Assembly: GCF_009834535.1 (NCBI RefSeq)
Contig: NC_045697.1
Location: 100,690,001 to 100,754,000 of the forward strand
Reading direction: 5' to 3'
Length of the DNA stretch: 64,000 bases
From: Camelus ferus
Taxonomy: Eukaryota
The translations under genes were made by a program, and so were the position numbers. Numbering within the stretch: the stretch's first letter is position 1; each line of letters opens with the position of its first letter. Positions 11,573 to 23,779 of this stretch are shown piece after piece. The notes under the pieces were generated by a model. It was not told the origin of the DNA and made no database searches. It saw only the letters and a list, made by a program, of their open reading frames with translations.

Positions 11573-13742
11573 TTTCTTCCCCTTCCCGCTTCCCCTGAGC
11601 AGACTGTAGTTTCCTTTTACTCTAGGGAGATGATGACTTAGGAGTTATCATCAACAAACCTGAGGATAGCCTCAGGTGGAAAATAAGTGCAGTATTACAT
11701 ATGCCCAGAATTTCCTTGAAAGAGTTCTAGTTAATACCACCTGGTCTCAAGCAGAATTAGAATTCCAGTTTTTTCTACCCATCAAATCTCACCAGTAAAC
11801 TGCCAAGACAAATTGTCTATTTGTTGTGGTTTTAGCTTGGCAGGCTGCCCTGGGGAATGCTGCCTTTAAGCCAATTTGATCACTCCTCTCTCTCACCCCT
11901 ATTTCAACTTCAGTAATTCTTTGCTCCAGGTGTGTCAGTTGTCACCTATTATAGCGAATACCGCAATATTCTCAGTTTCTCATCCTCTCTCCCAACTCAT
12001 TTTCAAGCTATTCTATCTCCTAGATTTCACCAATCTCACTGCTGCTGAATACAATCACTTACATTTTTTAATTATGATTTAATGTACGACCTTGATTACT
12101 CAACTTCTTATTTTCCGTCCTTCTCAGATTGTCAAGAATCAAACGTGTCTAGGTTGCGCTGCATCCCAACTCTCAAAAGCCAGGTGAAGCTGAGGACCTA
12201 AATGCTTTGGAACAGGTCAAGGTTACTCTTTTCTGTCATTTAGTTCATTACCCTTGCTAATAAATGATTTCACACTCTCACCATCAAGCTACAAAGGCAG
12301 GAAATTTGGTCACTACTTTTTTTTTATTAGCGAAGTATCAAGGTCATGATTAACATGAAACATTAATTTGACCTGCTATCAAATTCTCATGATTGATAAA
12401 GTCTCTGAGCTGATAGCAAACTAATGTGGTAGAAAACAATGGTCCTAATCTGCAATTTTTCAAATCTTTACGTTTGCCACTTGTTAAAAAAAAAATCACA
12501 GCATAAAAAATGGAGTGAAAGAAAGACTGTTGTGTTATTCTTGAAGACTATTAAGTTCAAGGTTACCAGCCAAGCATAGTTCTTGTTTAATTCTCCCATT
12601 ACCACCTAAGCTTGTTTATGTCAAGAACACCTTTAATAGAATGTCACTTCAAATCACTGAAATACAAAGACAGACACTGCAATTTACATTAGCTACAAAA
12701 TGAATACCCTTTCCACAGGGGCCCCTGAGCCAGCAAGCACATCAGTGACAATGCATGTTGCCTCTGAGATCCCCCGGAAGCCACAGCTATTAACTTGATG
12801 GATACAATCCCCCCAAAAAGGTCACTTCCTTTTTTCTGGGACATAGGTCAGAGTGCTGTCCTCCTCATTTCTGAAGGAGGTTCTGGGTACTTATCCAGGA
12901 AAAAAAAAAAGTGATTTCTAGCACTATTGCTGAATTTTAGAGTATGTCTAAAAAGGGAGGATTCTGCAGTCTGAGTGTTTTTATGTTCCCAAAGGACTTT
13001 AGCTATCTTCAGGAAGTGGTTACCCCATGAGGAGGAACTCTTCAAATACTTGACTGCTCAGATATAACTGAAGAAATCTGCACTAGTTTCTTTAACACTG
13101 CTCTGGTTGTAATAAATATATGGAGGCCATGTTTGCGGTCAGCCATTGGCAGTTAGAGACAAGAAAATACAGCATAGTAAAATTCATTGATAGGAACTTA
13201 AAAAAAAAATTTGAAGAACAAATCTCTAAAAATGAAACCCCTTATAGAAATGTCATATGATTTTGTTGTAACTCAATTATCACTCAAGTGTCAATTATTG
13301 ATAAAGAAAGGATATAAATTGCTGACTATGCCATTTGATGACAAGAACAAACCCAGTGACTGCTCTTAGCCATAATTTGGAGCATTGGAATACTCTTTGA
13401 TTCTAGGAATAACTGAAGTTTATAGACACCATTGTTAGAATGGCTAATAGAATTTGTTGCATGGCCAGCAAATCCCCACAGCATTTTCCATTAGATTTAC
13501 TTTGCAAATGCAAAACCACAACAGCATTTCCTCTAGGTCTCTATCATGTGTACTACAGAACTCTGGGTGTCATAACTCTGAGTTTTCCACCTTTCAGTGC
13601 TAAATTTACAGAGCTCAAGGAGGGCAAGATGAGGGAAAAAGATACAAAGTCACACTTCTGCCTATTTCTAACTAAGTAGCACACTAAATGGAATACACTA
13701 TTAGATATGTACTTGGGAATCTTATAAGAACTTGAGTCTTGA

Positions 13743-13877
13743 CAGAAGGATATAGTTCAAGTGGTAGAGTGCAAGCTCAGTATGCAAAAGGTCCTAGGTT
13801 CAATCCCCAGTACCTCCTCCAAGCAGAAATCAGTGAATAAACCTAATTACCTCTCATACATAAAACAAACAATACAA
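13743..13877 (+). mobile_element. tRNA-derived camelid SINE (Vic-1 type), second copy
   Basis: A box TAGTTCAAGTGG (13753-13764), B box GGTTCAATCC (13797-13806), 9-bp TSD GAGTCTTGA (13734-13742, 13878-13886). Clearly homologous to 8535-8699. Confidence 0.9.
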
Positions 13878-14007
13878 GAGTCTTGAAAGGAGCCTGGTGG
13901 AGGTTAAGTCTGTCTCTTGAAGGAGGTAGTGTCAAAAATTTAAGAGTAGAAACTCACCAAAAAAGTGGGTGGAAGATATTCCAATACCTTTACCCTGACC
14001 TCAGGAT

Positions 14008-14207
14008 TTTTCTTTTTTTTTTAATTGAAATATTTTGATTTACAATACTGTGTTAGTACAGCATAATGATTCAGTTATAAATATATATTCTTTTTTATTA
14101 TAGTTATTATAATCTATTGGCTATGGTTCCCTGTGCTATACAGTAGGACCTTGTTGTTTATCTATTTTATATATAGTAGTGTGTATCTGCTAATCCCGAA
14201 CTTCTAA
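14008..14207 (-). mobile_element. 5'-truncated L1 3' end (cetartiodactyl type)
   Basis: PolyT, AATTGAAAT..TTCCCTGTGCTATACAGTAGGACCTTGTTG, flanked by AGGATTTT/AGGACTTT. Homologous to 1604-1931. Confidence 0.85.
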
Positions 14208-15769
14208 AGGACTTTTTGCTTTGCCACTTTGCCCTCATCACTTCCTCTCTGGGTATTCTCTCTCTGCCCCATGACTGTCTCAATCTTCCTCACTCTTACA
14301 AAAGAGTGGAAGAAGGCAAAAGTCCTTTTCAGTGCATACATCTATCACTCTAGGCTCATATTGGAGTAAAGTTTTTTCTCATCTTTTGACCTTAAAAGTG
14401 CTGTACAGATTTTTCTCTGTTAGAACAAGTACAAAATTATTTTTCACTTTCTCCCCACCGTCATTTTCCCCAAGGACTAATAATTTGACCTTTCCTGTAC
14501 AGCTGTGTCCTCAAATACCTTAAGAACAAAATTGTCACTCTGGAAGATTTCGCTTTAATGTCCTAGCAATTACACACAGGAAATTAATCAAACTGAAATG
14601 ATGATCAGTGTTTGAAAAAGAAAGTAGAGTCCACAGAGAAACTGGTCCTAAACAATCTGCCGGGAAATTCTGGCGACTCCTCCAGCACAGAGGCTGCTAT
14701 GTTCTGGGAGGAATTATCAAGAGTGCAAGACCTCTGACTTTTCTGGTAGTTTTAAGAGTGGCTGAGATTCTTTTGTGTCCTGGCCACTTCAGACATTTCT
14801 CAGAGGTTTCGGTGACTTTTTGAGGTCACTTTGTGCTTCTATAAAGTACTGAGCTCAGTCCGACGTTTCTTACGTCAATAAAATAGTCTCCCCACCGTCA
14901 CAGGACCCGTCACACCTGCCTGGTTGTCACATCTGTGTATCTCCCTGCTCTCTGGAGCCACTTGATTGTACAACCACTGAAAGACCGGGCCACATATATT
15001 TCACACTGCAGGGTCATCATAGAAACCCTGGACTCAGAGCACAAATCCTGGTTGCCGATGCCGGCTCTTCCAGAGGTGTTTCTGAGAAAGTATGTACAAA
15101 AAAACAAGGCAGATGGGAGCTTGGGGTTTGCAACCTCCAAGCCCCAGTATGGAATTTTCGCCAGCTTTGCTGGATTTTGGCTCCATGGTCCCACTTACCT
15201 TCGGCACTATAACCCTGAATCTCAATGCTCAGCACCAAGCCTAAGACTATCAGAAAAAATCAAATAAAGAATGAAATAGTTCCTTAATTCTTAGATAAGG
15301 GAGCATTAACTTGGCTACCCAGTCCAAGAATCCTTAAGGTGGCTTACTTACCAGCTCCATGAGAAGAGGAGAGTCCTTAGAGAAAATGAGTCAGAAAGAT
15401 ACCCCCACCCTCACCCAGCACATACATGAGGACGCATATCTTTAATCCCTTCTTAACACAGTGATCTCGAGAGTAGCTTTGAGCCTAACGCTTCTGTGTC
15501 TTGGGGTTTACAGTGTGTTTTTATGTGGCTGGAGAGAGGTGTTCAGAGTTCAACTCGCATAGTGGTCCTGGAGAAGATCTTGCTGGTTGGGGCTGATATT
15601 GCCTGGAAGTGGTAAAACAGAAAAGCAGCAGCCTTGAACCCCACTAGGGCACCCCAAAATGGGCTCTACAGCAAAATCATGGAAAAATTATGGAGACTTG
15701 ATATACGGAGACTAGTTCAAATTTTTTTCTTCATTTTTGACATAAAGTAAAAATTTCTCAATTTGGAGT

Positions 15770-16228
15770 CTAAAACTTTCCATCAAATGAGCTTACCTTA
15801 ATTTTCCAACCTCATCATTCTATTTCCCTAAAACTTTCTCCTCCCTTAACTTCATTAGTTGTGCTGTCATGGAATAACTAAATCCTTCCTTTCTGCAAAT
15901 CCAAGTCCTGTGTACTCTGTCGGCTCAAGGTAAGCCACACTTCCTCCAAGAATCTTTTACCATGGCACCCTAGAATATCCAAATCTGTCTCACTCTTCAT
16001 TAGTTCTCAGCAAAAATCTGTGCATCATGCCACATTATCATATTATCTTGGGCGTGTAATCAAGTTATTTCAAGCAAGTATGATTTGATTCCCAAAATAG
16101 GCATCAAGTGTGCTGCAAGTTTCTCTCAGGAGAAGTCCTTTCCATTTTTGTATCCCCAGGGCACTAGTAAATAATGCATTCATTCCACTTGCAAATGTGC
16201 GTGACTAGTTGGATAGATGAACGAATAC
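15770..16228 (+). mobile_element. L2 3' fragment
   Basis: GGCTCAAG..CACTTCCTCCAAGAATCTTT..TTTGTATCCCCAGGGCACTAG..GATGAACGAAT. Confidence 0.55.
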
Positions 16229-16569
16229 TCAGATCTCCGGTGAAGTTCATTTGAAGGTGAGAGTGAGTAACGCAGGGTCAAAAAGGGAAAGGAAAAACCA
16301 GATAACATTTACTTTAGAAGAGGGATATATAAGTGAGATCCATGGTCATTCCTAACAGATGGCCCAAACTAAGCTTTTTGAATCAGTTATTGAGTTGTTT
16401 GGAAGTGGCTCCCGTATAAGCCAAATATTTATGTTTTTCCCCAATTCCTGACACAGCTGTTTCTTTCATCATAATTGACCTGTTTTTCTTTCATTCATTT
16501 TTTTATGCTGTGTACGTTCTATATGTTTGTTATGGGAAGATTAGATAATTTGGTTCTTAATGAAGAAAA

Positions 16570-16925
16570 ACTTAAAATCACACATAGTACTACCACTTAG
16601 AGGCGGTCACTATGGACAACTATTTTTGTAAGCTTCCATTCTTGTGTATGTACACTTCTTAAATATAAAAATAAGATTATATTATCAATAATATTTTATG
16701 AATTATTTTCACCTAATTTTTTGTGAACCTCATTTTACTGGCCATAAAGCAAGTATTAATGTAACATAATTTCTTACTAAAATCCCTTTACAATATTTAA
16801 TTGTTGGGCATCGGTAACTTTACATTCTTTCATGGTTATAAACTTTCTTTAATGAGTATCCTTGAGACAAATTTTTTGCATACATTTAATTATTCTTTCA
16901 GGGTATATTCTTTTAAGAGAAATAA
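16570..16925 (-). mobile_element. Old L1ME-like fragment
   Basis: Degenerate L1 3' region (AAATCACACATAGTACTACCAC..TTTTTGCATACATTTAATTATTCTTTCAGGGTATATTC). Similar sequence probably continues at about 17650-18020. Confidence 0.45.
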
Positions 16926-18071
16926 ATACATTTAAAGAGGCAGTACTGCTGACTGGGACCCTTCTCCTCTTGTCACCTTTCTGAATATGCTTCAGAATCC
17001 CGTTTAGGGAAGTGTTGGAGGAGACACATCTGGCATTTCTGCACTCCATTCTCCATCCTCTTCTGGGAGAAAGGGTGGCTAATCTAATTGATCAGAGGGC
17101 ACTCCGCCGGTAGTTAGGATTTTTAAGTTAAAATTCAGATGTGAGTGCATTGTGCTTTCCTGCCTTATCTCACACTCCTAGCACCTTGCATTTCCATCTG
17201 GGCTGGCCATCTATCACCTAAGTGTCTTTGAACCAGCCATACTCTTGACCCTCTTTGTTCTGACTCTGACCCAGTAGATGGGTGGATTGAACCAGAATTC
17301 TCCCTTGGTTCCAGGTTCTTGTGGCTGGTAGGTAAGTAGAGTCAGGTTCAAAGTTTAGGGATTAAGAAATGAGAAGCCATACCTAAGACTCTTGGTTTAA
17401 GCCATGTTCTCAGCTTGTTCCGGTGTGTCAGTGCTTATGTGAAGGGCATGACGGCACGGGTGGTAGGTAGTACTGAACAATATTCACTAGACCAGCATTT
17501 ATTTCACCATCATTTATTTTGTGCATCCCCTCTCATTAGTGAAACCTAGAGTAGAGAGTGGATGAGTACTGAAATAAAACATCTGTACCTACTTCCTTCA
17601 AAAGGGCCTTGAGCATGAAAAGAACTCAGAGCATATTATCAAGTACATTTGTAATGTTTTTGACGTGAAATTTTTAATGTCCATGAAGTTATGGTCAAAT
17701 AGATCAATTATTTTATTTCTGGTTCTCATCTTTGTATCTTGCTTGGAAAAACTTTCCTCAGCCCAAACTCCAGTCCATTTGTCTTCCCCGCAGGTAGGTT
17801 TTGGGTTACATTTTTGCTTAGAAATAATTTGACCCTTCACTTTGGTTCAAGGTATAAAGTATAGAGTCTCCATTAATTATTTCCCCTCAAAATTAACCAA
17901 CTGCATTTTATTAAATGAGTATTCTTCCACGAATACAGTTACATTCCTTTCTTGACTCTCTGTTCTTTCTTATTCACCTGCCTATTACTCTTATTATTCT
18001 GTGAGCAGACCAAGAACATTTTGTTTGTATTAGCGATGTGAACAAGTAAATATGTTCACATTACATTCAAG

Positions 18072-18133
18072 TAACAGTAAAGATTAGATTTGGAAGAAAA
18101 AATAACATTACAGATTAGATTTGGAAGAAAATG
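18072..18133. repeat. Two-copy 31-bp tandem duplication
   Basis: AGATTAGATTTGGAAGAAAA at 18081 and 18112. Confidence 0.9.
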
Positions 18134-19309
18134 TAAGAGAAAAGTTTTACCCTGTGCAGAATGATGAATCCATAGTTTTGCAAAGGCTTTTAAAAGAAGC
18201 AGTGAGTGGAATGTAACTGAATGGATGGAGGTAACATAACTAAAAAAGGAGTGGATCCATGATAAGAAGTTTTGGTCATAAAAGGAGACAAGATAAAGAA
18301 GAGCCACAGATGCAAACAAATGTTGGGAAAACTCATGTGTTTGTTCCCTGGAAAAAGGCTTCCTTGGCTAAGATTTGAATTATTCATTGCCAGAGATGGC
18401 TGTACCCCTCTCACAGGGACATGTGTGCCTGCCTCTCAGATCCTGAACTTTACTACACATTTGAATTTTACTTGTTGCCTTTGCTCTGACTTGCTGCTCA
18501 AAGAGCAAATCTCTGAATTAAATCTGACCTCCTGTTTTCTTGCCTAGTGGAAGAGAATGTACTGGTCCGAAGATGCACTTGTCTGGTCCTTGAGCAGATA
18601 TAAATCTTGTTGTAGAATTTTAAACTGCCCTCCTCCATGAGCTTGTGGATGTTGGTGTCACCAAGATTTGGGTCTGCACATGTCGAAGCTGCACAATAAC
18701 TCTAAAATAGTTTTCCTCTGAGCGGAGCCAATAGGGCTTGTGTAATAATCAGACAGTCAGCCTTCATCTCAGCTGAACCAAACCATCTAGACACCTAAAA
18801 GCACATTTTCTCTATTTCCATAGAGTAGAGTTCATTTTCACTTTTTTGTACTTTAGAGTGGGGGGACAACAAGGTTTCTGGGACCCTTACTTAATAATGC
18901 CAACTTATTTTAAGGGAAATTTAAGATAAGAACATACGGATAATAGTTCTTTACGCCAATAAGGAATGCTCATTAAAAATGTGTTTATTCCTCTTAGAAA
19001 GAAAACACAAGGACATGATATATGGCTGAGACCACCTGCATTGCATCCTCTCCGAGAGGTAATCAAGTTTAGATAAAAATTGTGGACTGCTTGAAGACAG
19101 AAAAGTTGGAATCAGTATCTGGAAGAACTCTATTTAATTTGTTTTTCAAATCCTGAGGAAAAAACAAATGGATTTAATTACTTAGCAATTCTTGACCATC
19201 AAATAAGAGGCAAAAAAAAAAAAAAGGAGGGGAGTGGTAATTCCACTGCACATCTGTTTCTTTTCCTTTTGAGACAATCTAGTTCAAAGTGATGGTTTAA
19301 AAAGTACTT

Positions 19310-19580
19310 ATGGTTTCATGGGGGGGAGGGGCGGGGTAAAGGGGTGGGAAGGGGTAAGTTAGGAGTTCGAGATTTGCAGATACTAAGGACTATATACAAA
19401 ATAGATAAACAACAAGCTTATACTGTATAGCACAGGGAACTATAGTCAATATTGTGTAGTAATCTATGATGAAAAGAATATGAAAACAAATGTAAGTATG
19501 TATGTATATGACTGTGACATTATGCTGTACATCAGAAATTGACACAACATTGTAAACTGACTATATTTCAACTTAAAAAA
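19310..19580 (+). mobile_element. 5'-truncated L1 3' end (lineage-specific type)
   Basis: G-rich tract, CTGTATAGCACAGGGAACTATA, GAAATTGACACAACATTGTAAACTGAC, A tail; TSD-like AAAAAGTA(C/T)TT on both sides. Confidence 0.85.
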
Positions 19581-20650
19581 AGTATTTGTCTTTTCTCAAA
19601 TACTTTTCTCTGTGATTCAATAAAAGTGGAAATTATTTTTTAAAGATACAATGTTTCTTTTGGTCTTAAACTTTGAGGTGGGGTTAGTGCTTTGTAACAA
19701 GTTGGTAGAACCAGAAGATACTGAGAAGTCTCTTGACTAGATAATAAACTGTCCCACCTTCTCCTTTCCTGTTCTCTCCAACCCATTAAATTTCATTCTC
19801 ACTAAGTCTTCTAAAGAGGATTGGACTTCCTTCTCCTCAGTACCTCTTTTCAGCTATCATTGTGACCTATTTTCCCTTCTAGTGTTGCCCTTCATGGCGT
19901 TTTTATCTGTACAAAATATTAGAAAGAGGACCATCTAAACTTAAGAGTCAGTATTTCAAAAAGTATATTTCAGCCTATTCATGAGAGGTTTTTTTTTTTT
20001 CTACAAATGGTTTTCCTCTCCTTACTTAAAAAGATTAAAATCTCTCTAATATTAAAAATTGAGAAATTATGCTTTGACATAAAATGTATCAGGAGGAAAA
20101 GGTAACTTACAGACCTTCCTATGGGACCCACACATAAAAGGGTTTTGCTCTATTAAATTATTCTCTTATTTTTTAACCAAAATAATCCATGTACATAATT
20201 TTTCACAAGTCAAATGGAACACAAAGGTTTATGATTGAAGCAAAAGCAGTCTCGTGCCCAAGTCTCAGTCTTGCTCAAAGGTGACAACCACTAGCAATAA
20301 TTTTAACACTTTCATGTTTCTCTTCATATTTCTAAATACTAAATTTGTGTTTTATTTCTAAATAGAATAGAATTTTTCATCCTCGATATTATTTTTGGAC
20401 TCTCTTCTCTGGCAGATGAGACTTTTGTGCTTTCATTTATGCCCTTTCCACCCCATACTTCTCTTCATGCCAATATAGCAATATCAAAATTTTGGATTAA
20501 TACTCAGAAAGCACCAACCTTAAAAGAAAAATTAGATAAACTGCACATCATCAAAACTAAAACCTCTGCTCATAAAAATTCATCATTAAGAAAATAAACA
20601 GACAAGACTCAGGCTGGAGAAGCTACTCTTAACACAGGTATCAGACGCAG

Positions 20651-21172
20651 TGTAACCCAACAAGTGTGCAGCAGAAGGAGCAAATACAGAGGCAAGGGTC
20701 TTTTGTAGAAAGAGAAAAAGCTTTATTGTAGGGCGGCCAAGCAAGGAGACAGGAGGCAATGCTCAGATCGGTCTCTCCATCAAAGCTTTGATTGGGGTAT
20801 TTATTGTGGAAGTAGGGAATAGTGGTGGGGGGAGGCTCAGAAATGATTGGTGGAAAGTAAACGTAAGTTTCACGAGTTCTTTGTGCAGGCGTGACTGTCC
20901 TTCATGCTTCTTAATGGGCTGCATGTCCAAATGTGGGGGGCAGGAGTGGGGTTTCTGTGTGTTGCAGGCAGTGAATTTTCAACCTGAAATGTCTAAAGTT
21001 CACTATTGGTCTTTCTAGTCCTTCAATGCGCCTGCGCAAGGCTCAGTGAGCAAGTTGTTTGCATTTCTGCGGTTTCCTTATTGTTCTGCAAAACAAGCCT
21101 GGGATCTTCGTTAATCATTTTGTTTCATTTTTGTTTCTACCTTGAGGGTGCAAGATGCATTATATGGTTCCG
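20651..21172 (-). mobile_element. Solo LTR (ERV1-like)
   Basis: Starts TGTAAC; minus-strand AATAAA (CTTTATT near 20721) and CCAAT boxes (GATTGG); interrupts the L1. Right end and TSD are degenerate. Confidence 0.75.
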
Positions 21173-21205
21173 AAAGGATTTCTCCCCCCAGAAAATGTAA
21201 AGAAC

Positions 21206-21673
21206 TGTAGACGAAATTATTCAGTCCATCTAAGAAAGAGATGAAACATTTTATTCAAGCCAAATTGAGAATTATAAACCGGGAATAGCCTCTCAGAAAG
21301 TTCCAAGAACTGTTCCATCTGTTAGAAGTCAAAGCACACTTATATAAGCTTTTTGAGACAGAGAGCTGCACATTAAATGACGTGTTATTGACAGTTTACA
21401 CAAGCCATATTTGTAAGTACAAAATGGTGGGTCACTGTGACCCCTTACAAGATCAGGAAGAACTGTTACGTTTAAAGGGGTTGCTTTGTTGGTGCTCGGA
21501 AGATGTCACTGTTTATGGTTGAGCAGGTATTCCTGCCGATGGGGAGGTTTGGTCGATGTAAAATGCAGATACACAATGCGCAGTAGAGGGGAGATAGGAA
21601 ACCAAAAGGCAGAGAAAATTTTTTATGTTCAAATTTTTTTTGTCTTGCCATAAAATGTGAATTTTATTTCACA
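21206..21673 (-). mobile_element. ERV1-class solo LTR
   Basis: TG...CA, 468 bp, perfect 4-bp TSD GAAC (21202-21205, 21674-21677); minus-strand AATAAA near 21250 and TATA-like near 21340. Confidence 0.9.
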
Positions 21674-22157
21674 GAACTCTTGCAATTTTATAATAAAAAG
21701 ACAAAGATCCCAACGTGTAAAAGACTTGACAGATATCTCACCAGGGAAGATAAACAAATAGCCAATAAGCACATGAAGATATGCTCAACATCATTAGTCA
21801 TCAGGCAAATGCAATTCAAAGCCACAGTGACAATCTACTGCACACCAACTAAAACAGTTGCAATGGAAAAAAATGATAACACCAGATGCTGGAGAGGATG
21901 CAGAGCGACTAAAACTCTGATTCACTGCTTTTGGGTGTGTTAAAGAGTATAACAACTTTGGGAGACAGTTTGGCAATTTCTTATGAAGTTAAACATATAC
22001 TTACCATACAAGCCAGCCACTACACTCCTAGATACAATGACTTTTATTTGTAATAGCCTCAAAATGGAAATAGACCCAGGGTCCACCAACAGAAGAACAG
22101 ATTAACAAAATGTAGTATAGTCATACAATTAAATACTACTCTGTAATTAAAAAAAGG

Positions 22158-22505
22158 ATATAATTTCACTTATTTGTGAAATCTAAAAAAAAAAAAAAAA
22201 AAGATACAAATCAACTTATTTATAAACCAGAAACAGATGCACAGACAGAAAACAAACTATGGTTACCAAAGGAGAAAGGAGAGGAGAGGGATAAATTAGG
22301 AGTTTAGGAGTAACATATACACACTGCTATATATAAAATAGATAAAGAACAAGAACTTACTGTATAGCACAGGGAACTATAGTCAACATCTTTTAATAAC
22401 CTAGAATGGATAAGAATCTGGAAAAGAATATATATATATATAACTGAGTCACTTTGCTGTACACTTGAAATGTATTACAATCAACTATTTTTCAGTTTTA
22501 AAAAA
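22158..22505 (+). mobile_element. Younger L1 3' end nested in the old L1
   Basis: TATGGTTACCAAAGG..CTGTATAGCACAGGGAACTATA..AACTGAGTCACTTTGCTGTACAC; flanks TTAAAAAAAAGGA / TTAAAAAAGGGGA. Confidence 0.85.
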
Positions 22506-23314
22506 GGGGACAAATTGATGAAACATGAATCTTGAGAGTCATTGTTATGAAGTTCACCAAAACCATGCTAAATGAAAGGAGAGAGACCTAACTATCTCTT
22601 ACTGTAAGATTCCACTTACATAATGCTCTAGAGCCAGCAAAACAAATGATATTTTCTTCAGGAGAAATTTTAACTGGGAAGGGACACATGGGAAATTTCT
22701 GTGGTGATGAAGATATTCCATGACTTTGTAGACGTGTGGATTATACTAATATATGCATTTATCAAACCTTTGATGTACACACTTAAGATTTCTGTATTGC
22801 ACGGTGTATAAATTATATTCAATGAAAAATACTTTTTTAAAAATTTCCTATCTTATTTTTTGTCAAACAGATAGGACCTGATATGTTTCCCTGTCTATGG
22901 AGTTAACTTAATGTAGCCAGATTTGAGCTATCATTTAAAGAAGTTTTAAAATGTCTTTTTCCCCCCAAAGACTTTAGGGATTTAAATAATTCATGTTCAC
23001 AGATATGAACCTAACTTTAAATAGGACTTCGCCTACTTAGTGAGTGAGGATCATTCACTAGCAGGTGTAAAGCAACTGTGCAGTGGGGAAGTGCCTGAGC
23101 ATTACAGGAAGCCTGACTAATGGAATCATTATCACACGGAGCATGATTTTATAGTGTTGCAAATGTGTTAAGCTTTTTAAGCCAGGGGGACCTGATTTCT
23201 ATTTTGCTGGGATGCCTTAAACAATGGGTTATTCTAAAATGATTAGTCGACGTATATTTATTAAGAACTCACAGATGACCCAGCCCTCCCCAGAGCTACT
23301 TGGCAAATACCAAT

Positions 23315-23715
23315 ATAGTGCTGAGACTAATTTTCTAACAAACATATCAGTCTCATTTATCTAATTCAATGTTGTCCTTGTAAGTCCTTGGATCTAGATC
23401 CTCATTTAAATGATATGCTTTTTGCTTAAAACCTTAAGAGCTAATTTTAAAAAGCACCTGAAAAAAGTTATTACAGATTTTTAAAATCAGCTTAATCATA
23501 CTCTTTATTCAAATATAGTTCCAACTTATACTTGATTATTATGTTTTTAAAACCCTATCCTCAAAAGATGGTAATTTGATACCATTGAGAATATTTGCAA
23601 GCTCCATTTGTGGGTCCTAGTATTATTTCTAAGAACTACATTATTAGTTTATTTAAAAAATATTAAAGGAGTAGTTTCAAGGTAATTGGTACTCAAATGG
23701 GTAATAGGAATATAA
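23315..23715. mobile_element. MARNA-like ancient mariner (TcMar) remnant
   Basis: CCTCAAAAGATGGTAATTTGATACCATTGAGAATATT resembles recalled MARNA CCCTCAAAGGACGAAGATTTGCCACCATTGAGGATATT. Confidence 0.45.
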
Positions 23716-23779
23716 TATGAAAAATATACAACTTCTACTTATTCCTGCTCCAACTCTCAAGAGACAGAAATGCCAAGTG

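Larger units (their letters stand above)
20505..22835 (+). mobile_element. Old L1 (L1M/L1ME-like) ORF2 C-terminus and 3' UTR, host of three nested insertions
   Basis: ORF 21680-21943 (EDKQIANKHMKICSTSLVIRQMQFKAT..CWRGC..TLIHC) is the ORF2 C-terminal Cys-rich region. L1 sequence reads through across the insertions (CCAGAAAATGTAAAGAAC|TCTTGCAA). Confidence 0.8.

Noticed and set aside
14910..15267. Four overlapping ORFs as a compact gene
   Set aside because: Mostly non-ATG starts, no recognisable domains; explained by locally higher GC
20651..21673. Two adjacent LTRs as a collapsed provirus
   Set aside because: The LTRs are not similar to each other, the spacer is host L1, there is no PBS or PPT, and the second LTR has its own TSD
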